Of a DNA stretch of 64,000 nucleotides, positions 14,107-29,625 are shown one piece after another (positions within the stretch are counted from its first letter, which is position 1; each line of letters starts with the position of its first letter). The stretch covers positions 57,675 through 121,674 of IMG/VR virus record IMGVR_UViG_3300049043_000117, one strand, 5' to 3'. Source of the stretch: a virus. Position numbers and translations under genes: made by a program. The notes under the pieces were generated by a model. The model searched no databases and was not told the origin of the DNA. It saw only the letters and a list, made by a program, of their open reading frames with translations.

Positions 14107-17100
14107 TCAGTTACTTATTATGCTTCTGGTTCTTATAATTTTTGGAGATGAAGAAATTCCAGAAATTCCATTATCATTAAAAACTGGAAAAGTTTTTGGA
14201 TCTCCCAAAATTCTATTTTGATAGTCATAAATTTTAATCCCAACTATACCTACCATAATAATTATTTGTTCCAACTCCAGTATTGTTTGAACCTCTTGTA
14301 TAAACTTTAACATAATCATCAACCATAGGTGCAAAATTACAAGTAACTGTAACAATTCCAACTGATGGAGATGTTATATCTTCTACTATATAAACCCCGT
14401 CTATAAAAGATTTTGCTATTCCAATTTTTGAGTTTGGATAGTTGCTCATGCCACCAAGAAGTGTGGTAATGCCAACCAGATTTCCACCAATTTCAACATT
14501 ACTATCGGTGATTACGAAATAATCGCCTTTGGATAACTGACTATTTGTAATTCCAAAAATATTCAATGAAGAATATCCGACTCCTAAAGTACTATTATCA
14601 TATTGTTCAGATTTTAATGTGAAAGAAATTTTTGGAGAAGTTGTTCCAATACCAGGAGTTCCGGTAAATGTATGTAGTAATTCCAATAATTATTCCATGA
14701 TCACCGACAACTTTAAATGATTTCACTAATTCTGTATTACAGCTGTCTGGTTCTACTATTACTGGTGGAGAAGTATTAAAATTATAACCAAATCCAGAAT
14801 TTAAAACTTGTATTGAAGTAACAACTCCAGAAGTTACATTAGAAATAGTGTAGCTCTATTATAAATTGGTTCTGCGTATATCGCAGTGGCTCCAGACCCT
14901 ATCGCAACATATCTACCATCAGAGCCAAGATTATCAACAAATACTAAATCATTAATAAAATTTGCCTGTGATGTTGATCTATAAATCCAGTTACTTAGGT
15001 CAAAGGAATAATACAAGTCTCCTATTGCTGTTACAATTATATAAAAACCATAGTTGTAACAAATATTTACTATATTTGGAACTCCAAGGTTATTTGAAAT
15101 AACTTCATAAGAATTTCTATTTATTGATCGAATAATAATGCCATAGTCTCCGAGAGCAATAAATTTTCCATCAGCATAAATGACTTTATTTAAATTGGTA
15201 TTTACTGGGGAACTTACAAATTCCCAAATATTTCCATTATTAGAAGTCCTTATAATACCATCATTTCCTACGGTAACAAAATATTCGATCTGCAAAAGTT
15301 ACACTATTTAAATTCGATAAAGTCTCAGAAAATCTATTAACAAAGGAATCTGTACCTACTCCCGTTCCAACAAATATTGATCCTCCAGCTCCAACCGTAA
15401 CCCAAGTATCTGTAATACTAGAATATGCAATTTGATTAAATGTTCCAGTGTAACCACTACTTACTCTATTAACCACCCCAAATCCCGGAAATTGAAACAT
15501 CTTCTTTCAGAGGAATTTGTGACCAAGACGATATATTATTTCCATAATCTGTTGCCTTTATTATTTGTCCAAGATTTCCAACCGAGATTAAGAAATTGCT
15601 CGTTCCAACTCCAACAGATTCTAAAGAGTTGAAATTGGAAGATTGCCCAAATCCAACTGTAGAGACTTGCCAATTTATTCCATCAAAACTTGTAGCGTAT
15701 ATGGAGTTATTTCCAACAGAAACAAATCTATCATTATACTTAATAGATTTTAAATCATATGAAGTTGATATTCCAACAACTCCTTGCCAATTAAAAATGG
15801 GATCTTTTCTGAGAATGTAAGACTCCGAAATAATTACTTTGGGCGATTGCGTATTAGTGTATCCGACACCATTATCTACAATAGTAATAGAAGAAATAGT
15901 AGAGGAAGCAGATACAACACATTCAGCTAGACATTCCCGAATAGATCTATTTTCTAAAATTAATATGTCTCTGACATCTTCTGTAAGACCATCTAAGTCG
16001 GAAAATAGTGGATATGCATTATCAACATATATTACAGCATCTGTAGGTTCAATTTTTTTAATAACAGTTGCAAAAGGATTAATATTACTTTGCAAATTGG
16101 GTCTTGATTTAGAATACAATGAACCATTAATAACTGTATCGTTAAGTTGTTTTTTCCAAGAAAGAGGTCTGATTTTTGTTGGATCTGTATTAATACCTAT
16201 AGAATAATAATTAAATGTTTCTAACTGATCTGAGGAGGTAATTTTTTTGACAACCCTATCAAACTGAGAAATATCAAAAAGATCTTCTGGATTTTCTTCT
16301 ATTGTTATTAGGTCACCGGGTTTAATTGTTTTTGGTGGAATAACCAATTCTACATCTGCAGAAGATCCTCTATAGTATAAAACCACACACTTAGATCCTT
16401 CTTTAGGTGCTTCAGTAAATACTACTCTTGTTCCCGAAAATGTATACGATACATTGGGCACTTGTAAAATATCATTTATGTATATAAAAATATTATTAGT
16501 TAAGTCTAAATCAGTTCCTTCGGCAACTCTTAATCCCAAAACTTGTCTTACTCCATTTATAGTAGTTGTAAGTGTGAATTTCTTTCTAAATCCATTAAAA
16601 AATTGAGAAATATCATCAAATTGTATGAATTGTCCCGGAATAAAATCCAGAAAAACTATCTCTTTCAACTTCTTCAACCGTCAAAACTAATGGGTAAAAG
16701 GGCAGTGTTGCATCAGTTGGAATTCCGATTGGAGATAATTTATCTTCGGTTTTATATCCTATTCCAGGATTATCAAATTTATATGAAATTACACTAGAAC
16801 CCATACCAATTTCAACCGAAAGTCTGGCTCTTTTGTCCTACTCCAGAAGTTCCACCAGTATATCCCAAACTTAAATTACTATATCCAGTTGGTATTCCTA
16901 TTAAAACTTCTGGAAGTGACGTTGTTGTATATCCAGTTCCAGCATTAATAATTGTAAATCCAGAAATTGTTCCAGCAGCACTCACTACCGCTATCACACT
17001 TGCTCCAGCCCCAACTGTGGATGCAATACTAACTGTGGGTAGAGATCTATATCCAAATCCAGGTCCAATAACAATAACATTACTAATAGTACCAGCAGCA

Positions 17101-20100
17101 GAAACTACAACTGTAGCTGCTGCTCCAATTCTAGGAGAATATCCATAACTAGTTGATATAGACACTTTTGATATTTTTCCAGCACTAGGAGTTCCAGATA
17201 AAAACCTAATTACGTTTGTTCCTACTCCATCGACGGTATAATCACTCGTTGGATTTTGGAATACATTGTTGATAAGAACTATAGGATTATTATTGATATT
17301 AGTAGAACTGTTTACATTATTGAAAATAGTGTTCGTATTTTGTCCACCAGACTTTAGAGTAAATTCTGTTGCGGCAATACCTGTAAAAGATAATGATATA
17401 TCATCAAATAGAATATTTTTATCCTGTGGTATAGTTGGATCAAACCTTCTACTAAAAACTCTACCACCAAATGTAGATCCCGTTTCCAATCCAACTGGCC
17501 CAATTTGTCCACTGGGCGCTCGATCAAAATATATTACATCTCCTACAACATTAAAATTACCAGAAAGAATAGTGCCTGAAGCACCAACTGTATGTGCAGA
17601 TGCAACTGTGCCAAAATAACCACGAATAACTTCTACTTGATTTGAAGAAGATATTCCAATAGATCTAACAGAAATGTATTCATCGTCGATATTAATAATA
17701 TCATTAATAGATAGAGAAGAAATTCCAGAAGAAATATTTATTATTGTAGTTGGAGCTGATGAAACACTAGAAGCAAAAGAAACTGATAATGATTTTCTTG
17801 CTACAGCTTTTGTATTATTCCATCTATACTAATAATTACACTAGAATTGGGTTCTTTGTAAGAAAGAGAATGTGTTGATGTGCCCACACCAACTATATCT
17901 AAAAATACACTTGTTGACAGTCCAGAAAGTTTAAATTCATTGTCATTTAACTTATAAACAAATACCGATGTTGGTAAAATTTTAGTTCCAAGTTCTAATG
18001 GTTTAAATGACAAATTGTCCTTAGAACCACTTCCACCAATGTAAGTTCCCGCTATTGAAATTGTGGAATTTGAATTATATCCAGATCCACCATTTAAAAC
18101 TTTAACATAATTAATTTCGCCATCATTGTCCCTAGAAACATCAAAAGTGGCTCCAGAAAAATCATTAGAAGGAACTGATGTATAACTTTGATTTAGCTTC
18201 TGATTGTATTACTGTTGGGCTGATTTGAGAAATTATAAAACTCAAATTATTTGTTGGATTAGTTCCGCCAAAATTTGTTCCAGCTATAGAAACCGGTTGT
18301 CCTACAAAATAATTACTTCCACCTTTTTTCAAAATTATAGATGTACTTATTGGAATTCCAGATCCATTGTAAGAGATCAACACATTAAATCTTGCATCAG
18401 TTCCAAGACCAGTTGTATTTACTCCTACTACTTGGGTATATTGAATAACAGTGGATGGAGTGCCATTAGGAACTGTTCCGGAAACACTAGTGCTGAATAG
18501 TTACATCATATCCATTTTCAAATATTGCGGTTCCATTAAATTGATAAACATTCAATAATACATCACGATTGCCCGAAACGTAGGAAGTTGTAGCAATTCC
18601 AATTGGACTTGCACCATTATATGAATAAATTAATTCTTGTTCCGGATTGAAAATTATGATTTGGAATAATAAATGTGTTGTTAGTTATGTCAATGGAACT
18701 ACCAGAAAATTCATGTTTAAAAAGAGATATTCCTTTATTTTTCAACTTAAAGGTAGTTAATCCAACTACAGATCCCCCTCTAGTTAATGACGGATAAGTT
18801 ATTGTATTTGGTTTTGCGGTTGTACCTATACCAATTATTGATGTGATTATTCCAACATAATTTCCTATTGTTGTCCAAACATCTGCACAACAATTTTCAC
18901 TATATGTTGGGTTACAATTCCACATTCGAGCTGAAATTGAAGAATTAATATATTGAGTCGTTGATATAAATGCACGTTGTACTGTACCACCACTTACATA
19001 ATTATGAGTTATTGTCGAAGGCCCTGGATTAACTTTGAATGTAAAACTATTAATAACTTCAACTTGATATACAAACCCTTTTGGAGATAAAGTACCATTT
19101 CCATCGGGCCCAGATCCTAGACTTGGGAAAATAGCGGTGTTTAGGCAGCCTCCAGAATTACACGAAAATACTATATTTTTTAAAACAACATATTGTGTAG
19201 TTGTTGTAGATAATCCATGAGCACCAGATGTAACAATGGTTGTTATTCCTGTTATATTATTATAAGTTGCTGTAGAAATTGATATAGTATTTCCAGCTGA
19301 TAAGATGTTTTAACTCCTACATTATTAATAATGTATTTTGATAAATCTATAATATAATTAAATCCAGCAATAGTTTCTGTAGATATACCCGATATAAAAC
19401 TAGTGCCCAATCCACTCCAATAAGACAATCCAACTCCGACAGACTCATTATTTGAACCATACTTAATATCATTGGAGATTGCACTTACAACATACTGAAT
19501 TTCTGTTTTAAAAGTTGATCTATTCCAGTTTGGATTTGTAGTAATTCCAGGATAAACAGAAGTTATAAATCCAACAACTTCTTCTTGAATAAATTCGGTG
19601 TTTAACTCTAATAAATCTGAAGCATCAGCAAATCTACCCACCAAAGATTGTTCTGTAGTTCCATCAAACTGATCACTTATGTCATCTATTGATATAACTT
19701 TATTGGTTCTATTGATGATATAAGAAGTTAGATCAATTCCTTGGTCAAAAAATACACTTTGAGTAGACCCATCAACTAATAAATCTTCTTCATAAACTCT
19801 AGCAAAATTTTTCTTAAGACTTAAAGGCACTATTTGATCAATATTAATGAATGAAAAAGAATCTGTTAATGAATAGCCTCGGCTTCATATTTGAAGATTT
19901 TGCAATTCCTAAATTAACTTCATTTAAGGTTGGTTTAGTAAAAATTTGTAAATCAGAAAATTCTTTAAACCCCGATGGGTGAACAATAGATCTTACCGAT
20001 TCTCTCCAAACATTATATGGTATATCTCCTTTGATTGAATAGGAAAATTTTTGATAATAAAAATTATCTGATATTCTTTGAAGATAATCATTTAAAATAC

Positions 20101-23100
20101 CAGAAGAAAAATCTATAGAAGAAGTTTTATCTCTAGAAACCCCCAAAGTAGCATATAGATTTAATACATCAAAGTATTCAATTGTCCCATTAATTTTAGA
20201 TATTTCTCCAAAAATTTTATCTCCAACATTTATTTCACCAGAAATATCTTTTAATCTCATTTGATTGATATTGTTATCCCAACCATTTTCCATTACTGTA
20301 CCAAAAAATGTTTCGGAAGAAACTTTTTCATTTGAAATATAATTAACATCATCTTTAAGTATCATATTAAATTGTGGCATGTCGGTTTTATTAATGACTA
20401 CGCCCAAATATAGTTCATCAGAATATGTACCAAAAGTTCCTGTTGAAATTCCGGTCATATCATAAGTTATAGTATTATTATCAGTACTAACTCCAATAAC
20501 ATTAAAAAATGAATAATCATATGAAGATGAATTGAAGTTAGCCTGACTTAGTGTTGTGTTTGTTAATCTACAATTTTCAATAAAAATTTGGTCACCGATT
20601 TTAAATGGAAATACATAGTCGGTTCTTCCAAATCCAGAAGATATAAAAGGATTAAAACTGGGATTATTTGTCAATTCTAGTGTTACTGAATTGCCGGCAA
20701 CAGAAATTGAATCAATTTCATATCCATTTGAGTTATATGTTGAAACAATTTCCAAAGGAGGCAGACAGTGAAGTAGAATTTTTAATGATATCAACAGAAA
20801 TTACTGCTCCTCCAGATACTTTACACTCAAGGGCAATATTATCATCATTATTATTTTTTACTATTAATTTTGGAGCACTATTATATCGTTTACCTCCAGT
20901 AATAATTCCAATATAATCTATAGTTCTTATATCTTTAATTCCAATAACAGTTGGTACAGTTAGAGATGGTGAAAGCGTTGGATCTGTTGGATAATCAAAT
21001 CCATCTTTAACTCTAGTAAACGATTCCACTCTTCCTATATTTGGTGATATAAGTTTTACTACTGCATTTTTTCCCAAAGAACTTTTAACTTCTCTAATAT
21101 TGGGTAATTTTTTATATCCTCTACCTGGAAAATTAATTTTAAATTTGGATATTGGGCCCAATGCTGTGGTAGAATTAAGTTTTATATGATAGACTTGTTG
21201 AGTTTTGATTAATAATATTTCTCTCATTAAATGTCAAATTTTTAGTATTAAAGAAAGAAAATGTTTTATCAGTAACTTCTACTATTTTAAATTTATCATT
21301 AAATTGATGATTTATTATGGAAATTTTGTTATAAGATTTTACACTATCATCCGAAGATATTTGATTTTTGCTTTCCTCAGGTGATCCCTTAGAAAATAAA
21401 CTATAATATATTGGAAAAAATTGTGCTGAAAGATCCAAAATTACTTCTGGCACCAAATGATCCTGGAATTCCTTGTCTAGTCACAAAAAATCCACTTCTT
21501 TCATTAATTTTTTGTATAAAATTAGAATCAAAATAGAATTGCAAATCGAGATCGGTTAAACTACTATCGGACAAGTCAAATTCTATTTTTGTAGTTCTTA
21601 CACATGATATTTGTGGATTAATAAAGTGTAATTTTTGAGTTGCTGCCGCCTGTAGAAGAAAAATTAATGAAATTGGATTCTTTTATATCACTTTCATATT
21701 GACATAATTTTATAGAATTAGTATCAGTTTTTAAAACATAATAAATTCCATAATTAGTGAGACCATTTATAGGAGAACTTGAAATATAAACAACTTTATC
21801 TCCAGTTTCAATATTACCACTATATGAAGAAACATTTATTGAACTTTCAGATGTCGATACATTTGCATCAGAAAAAGATATTTCCCTCATCAAAACTTTT
21901 CTATTTACTGGATCAAAAATAACTTTAACCACTTCATTGTAATCTGTGGTCAATTTAAGAGTTATAACGTCACCTACGCTCAAATTGTGATTTGAAGTCG
22001 TTGTTATAATTCCAGATATTTTTTTAATGCTTCCAGTAATTTTAGAATTTAAAGTCGTTAATGAATGTGCAGCACCAATAACTCCATAAGAAAATGTTTG
22101 ATCCCAAAATTCTAAAGATCTTAGATCAGTTCCAATTCCAATAAAACTTGTGAATCCGATTGTAGACAGATCCACATAATCATTTCCAAGATTTACTGCA
22201 TAAACTGTTTGATTGTCTTGTAGTATAAATGATACTGCAGATCCAACATTATTGACATATAGAGAAGTACCAACAAATCTCGAACCAGAATTGTAAATCA
22301 GTGGTTGGCCAGTATAAAATTTATGTGATGGTAGATATATACTTCTTGTGGGAATAATTCTAGTTTCTAAAGTTGTGGTTCCTAGTCCTATAACCGACCT
22401 AGTAGTAACACTTGTGCCAGATACCCACAGAAAATTTTGGATCAAAAAATGTTGTATAGTTTTCAAACGTTACATCTGTAATTTGCCCCGTAGGAATTTT
22501 AAATTCTCTTGGCAGTAAAATTACATTATCAATACCTGCCGTATGAATTCCAGTATTTTGGAGTCTATTTACATAAAACCCAGACCTTTTAATGTCTATG
22601 TCAGTAATTAATAAGACTTCTGTACCAATACCTATAAAATCATTGACTTTAAATCCATTAATATCTTTCAATTTTATAAAAGTTGATACTCCTGTAACAA
22701 CTCTATTGCAATGTTGGATGATAGTTCGGACTCCTTTTCTTCGACTTTAGCATATTGAACGCCTTCAAAATTAGACGCAGTGATTGTTGATATTCCAGAT
22801 ATTAAAATTGGTTGGCCAGTTTTAATTCCATGCGGAGAACTTGTTCTCACAGTAGTTTTTGGAACTTTTACAAAAAATTCTGCATTTAGTATTATATCCT
22901 CAGAAAGACTAAAATCTTCTATTTCTTTTCCTTCTAGTTCACTTACAACAATATTTGCATTGAATGCCATCAGTGTCTGATATATCGATGTCTATAGGAT
23001 CGTTTATTTTGTAATTGTCTCCTGAAGAAAATATAGAAACGTCCTCTATTTTTCCAGAATTTATTGAATTTACATAAAATTCTTGTTTATAAGAATCGGA

Positions 23101-26100
23101 TACTTTATCAATTAAATCATAATATGAATTACTTCTATTTAAATAGTATGGACCAACATTTCTTGTCAAATTTGTATTAAAAATATTAATATCTTGATTA
23201 TATAAAGGTAAGAAATTTTCAATTATTGGTTTTCCATAAAAATATGGTACCAACCACATATGGATATTTGGGAATTCGACTCATTTGAAGTATTAACATC
23301 TATGGTATGAAAATATGCGTATGTTCCATTAGGATATTCTGGAGTAATGCAAAATCTTCCATTATGTTGATCGAGATCTACCGGATCCATTATATTCATA
23401 ATCATCAATAAAAAACCCACTTTCAAACGATGGAGGTCTTATTCCTGGAGTCGAATTTATATTCAATACATAACTAGAATTCATTCTTCTTATGAATCCT
23501 CCAGTTGTTGTGTCATATGAATACGCACCATAAATTGGGTTGCCATCATATAGCATATCCCAAAATCGGTGAGTGATTTAATATTCCAGAACTTTCTTTA
23601 TTTGAATCTGTAAAATTATCAGATAATTGGTATCTTAATTTTTTGGGAATATAAAAATTAAAAAATTGCAGTTGCTAAATCAGGAATTCTTACTTAGGAA
23701 AAGTACCCCATCATCCTCTTCGGAAATAATATTTTTAGATTTTAAAACCTGATTTATTTTCCATTCTTTAACATTGGCTGAAGAATTTAGCATCTTGTCC
23801 TCTATTTTTTAAAGTAAGTATTGTATTTGAAGAATTATATCCGATACCACCAAAAACAATATTAACGGCAGAGAGTCTACCATCCCGAACTATAGGTTCT
23901 ATTTGAGCATATTTACCATCACCAAAAATTACTATTTCAGAATTTTCTCTAAAACCCCCTCCCCTATTAATAATTTGTACATCAACGATTGATCCATTGA
24001 TAATAATTGGTTTTAAAATTACTTCTGTTGTTATACTTGCAATTCCAATATTGGGTCTTCTATGAAAATTGATAATATCTGTACAACCATAACCAATTCC
24101 TCCGTCTTCCAAATAAACATCTTCAATTGTTCCTAATACAATTGGTTTAAGTTCAGCTTTTTATTATTGTTGTAGATCCAACAGCAGACTTCAGCTTCAA
24201 CAAGTATTTCAATTGGCGGATATCCTGATAGTATGTGTACCAACTCCTAAAGAATTTAATTTTACAAATTTATTTTTTAAATAATTTTCGATTATTTAAA
24301 GTTGTTCCAATTCCCAGCTTCATAAAGTCTAAATTTATTGACATCAATAATTTTGACATAATAATGAATAGAAGTTGATAATCCACTTATTGGTGAACCT
24401 TCACAGGAATATTTTACAATCTCAGCATTTTAAAATCCGTGATTTCTAGCAAAAATATATGAATCAAAAGTATTAATTCCAGAAGTTCTATTGTCTTCCA
24501 GAAAGAACGGATGGAATTTTTATCTTTCTGTTAGAGTATCCTTTGCCAGGATTTTTAACATAAATTTTAGTAAAAGTATTTTTATTTTTTAATGTTGTTA
24601 TAAAATGAAATCCCGAAGAAATTCCTGTGATATTAATTTCATTTACTTTTCGTAAGGCATCCGTTCTACTATTATAAAGTTTAATTGTATTGGAGGTTAC
24701 AATGCCCACAAAGTATACAGAATCATTTATAATTCCGGTTAAATTAGAGTTTTGATTAGAATCGTAAACAACCTCCTCACCATCTTCAAATGGAATAGTA
24801 TTTAAAAACTGTATTGTATTGTCTACTGTACTCACATTTAGATCAGCTTAAATCCTGCAGAGATTCTTGTTTTAACAAAATTAGATTCTAACAAACACCC
24901 TACACCATTTCCGCCTGTTATGGTGATTTTTGGTTTCTCTTGATAACCATATCCGGCACTTAATATTTTAACTTCTTCAACTATACCTGAAATATTTAAA
25001 TGGGCTTTTGCTCCAGTTCCAGTTTCATCAATTATTTCTATGGGTGGAACATCTATTACATCATAATTTTGTCCAGAATTTGTAACATCAATTGATGTTA
25101 AATTTCCATAGTAAATATTTTCATCAAACAAATTAGAAGATAACAATTCAACTCCATTTACCAACAGACCAATAGCTCTATTAAATGTTGTTCTTTCATT
25201 TAGATCATCAAATACCTCTTTTTGTCTACCATTGTTAAAAGAAAATTTCTTTAGTAATTTTTGATTTTTTATCGTTTTATTTTGATATTCAGATCGATAT
25301 AGAGTATCACTAGTTACTGAGAAGTAGTCTGAATGTATTTTTTTGAAAAAATGTCAGACTTACTATATGATAATTTTAATCTATTATTATCAATTTTTGT
25401 GACATAATATAATCCTGTCATTATTCCAGAAGAAGTTTGTGGTTCGTAATAAATCAATTCACCACTTAAATAATTATGATTATTAACATTAAATGTATCT
25501 GTTACAGAAACACCTGCAATAGTAGATGCAATTTTTCTGTTATCGTTCGGAAAAATAGTGTAATTTGGTAATCCAGATGAGTGCTACATAAAAATACTTT
25601 TGAATCTGCAGTCAATATATGTATTTTGAACTCCTGCGGGTAGTAGAATTTATATTATCGAAAAATAATCACTGTTATAATGATTTACTTTATATATTTT
25701 CTTGCATATTATAGAATTTAATAGGATTAAAAGATCCTGTAGAGTTTACTAACTTGAACTAAAAGTCTTATTGCTATATTTTTTAATCTGGTCAGATGGA
25801 GAATACTCAACAGATATTACTTCAACTTCCAAAGTATTTATTACCAAAGCATCTACTGAGTAAAATTTATCTCACCTTGATAAAAATAAATTTTATCAAA
25901 TAAATTCGATTCTATATTTTGTAGAGTCAACTTGAGATATATTATTTTGATGTTGGTGATTAGTTGGAATATTATAAATCCAACTATTAAATTCGTATTG
26001 ATTATACAAATACTTTACCAAATCCGGAAATAAAGAGATATTATCTCCAACTCTTAAATTTGATGTTTTTGAAAAATCAATATTATCAATTACATTTACA

Positions 26101-27310
26101 ACTCTAAATTCTAACTTTTGATGTATTTCCAACTACCAACATATCCAAAAGCTAAATTTTTCTTCAATTAAATCCAAGACCAAAATCTAAAAATTTAGTT
26201 ACATTCGTAACACCAGTAAATTGATTGACTATTTTTCCTGATATAACTAATTTGAGATATAGTCAGAATTTTTTGGTTTAACTAAAAGAGTTCCAGAGTT
26301 AGCTAAACCCTACAGTTGAATCAACTAAAATAGTATTATTATTAATTTGAAACATCTTCCAATATTCTAGTTTTTCCAGAAACCTCAAAATTCCCACTGA
26401 ATGAAGTACTATCTAGAGAAATTTCATAAAATGTTTTATTATCTACTGGTCTATATTCAACATTAAAAACTGAAGCACTAACTGTTCCAATACCAGGTAT
26501 TGTTTGGAATAAAAAATTACCCTTTACTCCTATAGGATCTCCTCCAGAAATTTTCTCTACTAATATATTTTTTGTTATAAAATACGAATTTGAGGATGGA
26601 TGAGATAGTATAATCTTGTGGTTTTATTATTTCAATATCCGATACCATATAAAATTTTAAACAATAAGTTTATACGATAAATCTGTTCCCTTGGAGGTAT
26701 ATAAATCTTTGATTTTATAAATTACATTTTCAATAGATAATATCTTCATAAAAATTTCTGGACTCAAAACCAGGTAAAAATTCATACTTAAAATTTTCAA
26801 AAAATTTAACCAAAAATAAGTTACTTAAATTTAGAACTAGCACTTCCACTCAGAATGTTCTATAGCACTGTGTAGATGAAAATATCAGAAAACTCTGGAT
26901 TGTCAAGAGATTCTAAATTTTCAATTCCACTAAATCCCCTAATACAATTCTAGAAAAGAAGTTTCAGTTTTTGACAATATAAGTAATAATTTCATCATTT
27001 ATTTTCAATAGATCCATAAGAATCTGGACCAACCATCTAGTAGATGTCAACATTTATTGACATCATCAAAAGACTTAAAGCATCAGATGTTAAAGTAGTT
27101 TGTTCTGTCAGATCAAAATTATTAAATATTTTGGAATTTTTATACTTTGTAATATTTGCAACAATGTCAATAGAACCAGATTGATGTTCTAGATGAATAT
27201 ATAATACTGCTCTAAAAACTCTGCAAGAAGAGGCGATTCTATAGATCAAAAATTCTGGAATTTGAGTATTCAATAATAGTACTGATTTTAACTCTTTTAA
27301 TTTCTGACAT
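14107..27310 (-). CDS. gp7: Giant baseplate wedge initiator (gp7-like, ~4400 aa), one gene broken by many indels
   Basis: Starts MSEIKRVKIS right after the gp6 stop. Contains DNFYYQKFSYSIK...VHPSGFKEFSD, many GxGY/GxNY repeats, a YDGNPIYG...LDQHNGRFCITPEYPNGTYAYF segment and beta-propeller-like repeats near the C-terminus. Lies between gp6 and gp8. Confidence 0.75.
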
Positions 27311-27311
27311 T

Positions 27312-29205
27312 TTATCTCGTATATTTTCCGTTTAGATAACTTGATGTGGTTACATACTGTGTTGCAGAAGAATTTTCACCAGAACTTACAACATCTTCTA
27401 TAATATTTACCAAAGATGTTTTGAACATCTAATTGTAAATATAAATCTTGAAGTCCTATAACATCATTAGACTCTGGAATTACTTGAACTTCTATAAATC
27501 CATTTACTCAACAGTGGATGCATGTTATATTAACAACATCCAATCGAATTTCACCTCTAATATAATCAATTGTTCCTGCATTATTTTTAACAATCACAGG
27601 TAAATTATTTTCCAATTTAAAGAAGAATATAATTCCAGTTTCTTTATCTGAACCGCAGATGTGACTATCTGACATATAAAGAACATCAGATAATCCATTG
27701 ACAAAAAATCCTGTAGATTTTACAGAATATCCATTTGTTCTAGTATGTATTCTGATTTCCAAAACAAAGTTCATAGGTTGCAAAAGTATTTAGTTCTAGG
27801 ATTTAAATCTCTTCTCATCTTAACTTTTGTTATATTAGATGTAATCAGATTTGTCGCAGTCATCTATAAGTCCCACGACCTTACTATATTTAAATCTACC
27901 TCCAAAACTATTAACATCTTTAGAATTTGAATAAGAAGTTAAAGTATTAATTACTTTTGTCTTAACAATTTCTGGATTACTTAATTGATTAACATTATAA
28001 TAAACTGAGGTATCCAACTCAATATACAAATAAGAAAGATCTACTATTTCGGGTCGAATGCCTGCAATTGAATATTTTCTAATTGTATTTAAAATAGTTT
28101 GTTTGGTAATTTGCGACAAAAATGTTCCGTTTCTTGGTTTTATAGAAATAAAAACTTTTCCATATTCTGGTGGATCTAATTCATCTCCCCCATAAGAATT
28201 AACAGATTCAACGTTTGGGTAAATATATGGAATCAACGACTTAATAATCATTAGAAGTTACCGCTCTATATTGAGATGCATAAACCTTTGGTGCAAAATA
28301 TTTAATAGAATCAACGGATTCTATATTCATCACCGTTTTCCGACTTAGACTGAGTTGTTAAGTAATGAAATTCCCGTGGTAATATCGAATAAATCATTAT
28401 CTTTTCAATCTACCAGAAAATGTAAAGTTTGTAGCTCCATTTACCAGACTTCCATTGGTAACAATATAACTGATTTCAATTCTACTTCCATTGTGAGGGT
28501 TTTTTACCAATAATACCATCTCCAAATCTTAATTTCGTATTTAGCATCTCCGACCTCCTGAATCAAGAAAATCTATTGAATCTTTTCCAATATTTAATAA
28601 AGTATCGTAACTGATTATATACCTCTGTTACTTGATTGGTGACTTTTACTCTGATGGTGGTTGTATCTACACCAATATTTGGCAAGATAAATCTTTGATT
28701 CTGTTCGAGATTCATCTACTATAAAAGTATTTGTTAAGTATACTCCTTCATAAATTTGCAAGTTATCAAATATAGCAACTCCATTAGTGTTTACGGGAGT
28801 AGTAATATCTTCTGGTATTGAAAAAATATAATTTCCGTTTGTTACTGCACCGAAGCAACCTGTCCTGCAAGTAATTTTACAGTTCTGGCATTAGTTTGAC
28901 TCATATCAACACTAAAGTTGACCAATGCCCTTGAAGATCTTTTTGATCTTGGCAAATATCCAATGTTTCTAACAAGAGAAACTACATTTTCTCTAAGAGT
29001 TGCACTCTCCAAGAACATTTCATTAACCGCCATATTTGAATTGTAGGCAGTTATGTAACTGTTATACGCTAATGAGATCAATTAAAATTGAAAAGTTAGA
29101 TCCTTCAAAATCAAAATCAGTAAATTCACTATTTGCACGCAAATAATCTTTGATCTGAGTCTTAAGATCACTGAAATCTAAGTTTGTGAATTGATTGAAT
29201 GACAT
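27312..29205 (-). CDS. gp6: Baseplate wedge subunit, T4 gp6-like (frameshifted)
   Basis: MSFNQFTNLDFSDLKTQIKDYLRANSEFTDFDFEGSNFS, NEMFLESATLRENVVSL..NIGY.P.S, GGDELDPPEYGKVFISIKP. Confidence 0.9.
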
Positions 29206-29604
29206 TAGACTCTAGTTGGTTGTAATATGAAGTCTATGGTTTGAGTTGGAGATGGAATTCCTACTATGGTGTAAGATATTCTTACGTTAATTTCATTAGA
29301 TATCATCGGGATATGTAACCAACACCGAAGAAACTGAGACTCTTTTTTCAAAATTTTTCAAAAGAGTAGTGATGTTCAATTCCAAAGAGTACGCCATTTC
29401 TGGAGTTTGTAACTCAAACATGGAATTTTCAACTTCAGAACCAAGGAGAGAATTAAAAAATCTCTCCCCTATCCGAGTTCTCACTAAATTAATAACGGAT
29501 TTTTTAACAGCGTCATCATTATTAAGTGAAAGAATATCATTAGTTACAGGATTCCTTACAAAAGAGAGACTCACATCTTTAAATTTGCGAGAAATCCTAG
29601 TCAT
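29205..29604 (-). CDS. gp25: Baseplate wedge subunit, T4 gp25-like
   Basis: FKDVSLSFVRNPVTNDI...AVKKSVINLVRTRIGERFFNSLLGS. The true end LQPTRV* overlaps the gp6 ATG. Confidence 0.9.
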
Positions 29605-29625
29605 TACTCAAACTAAGGGTATTTA

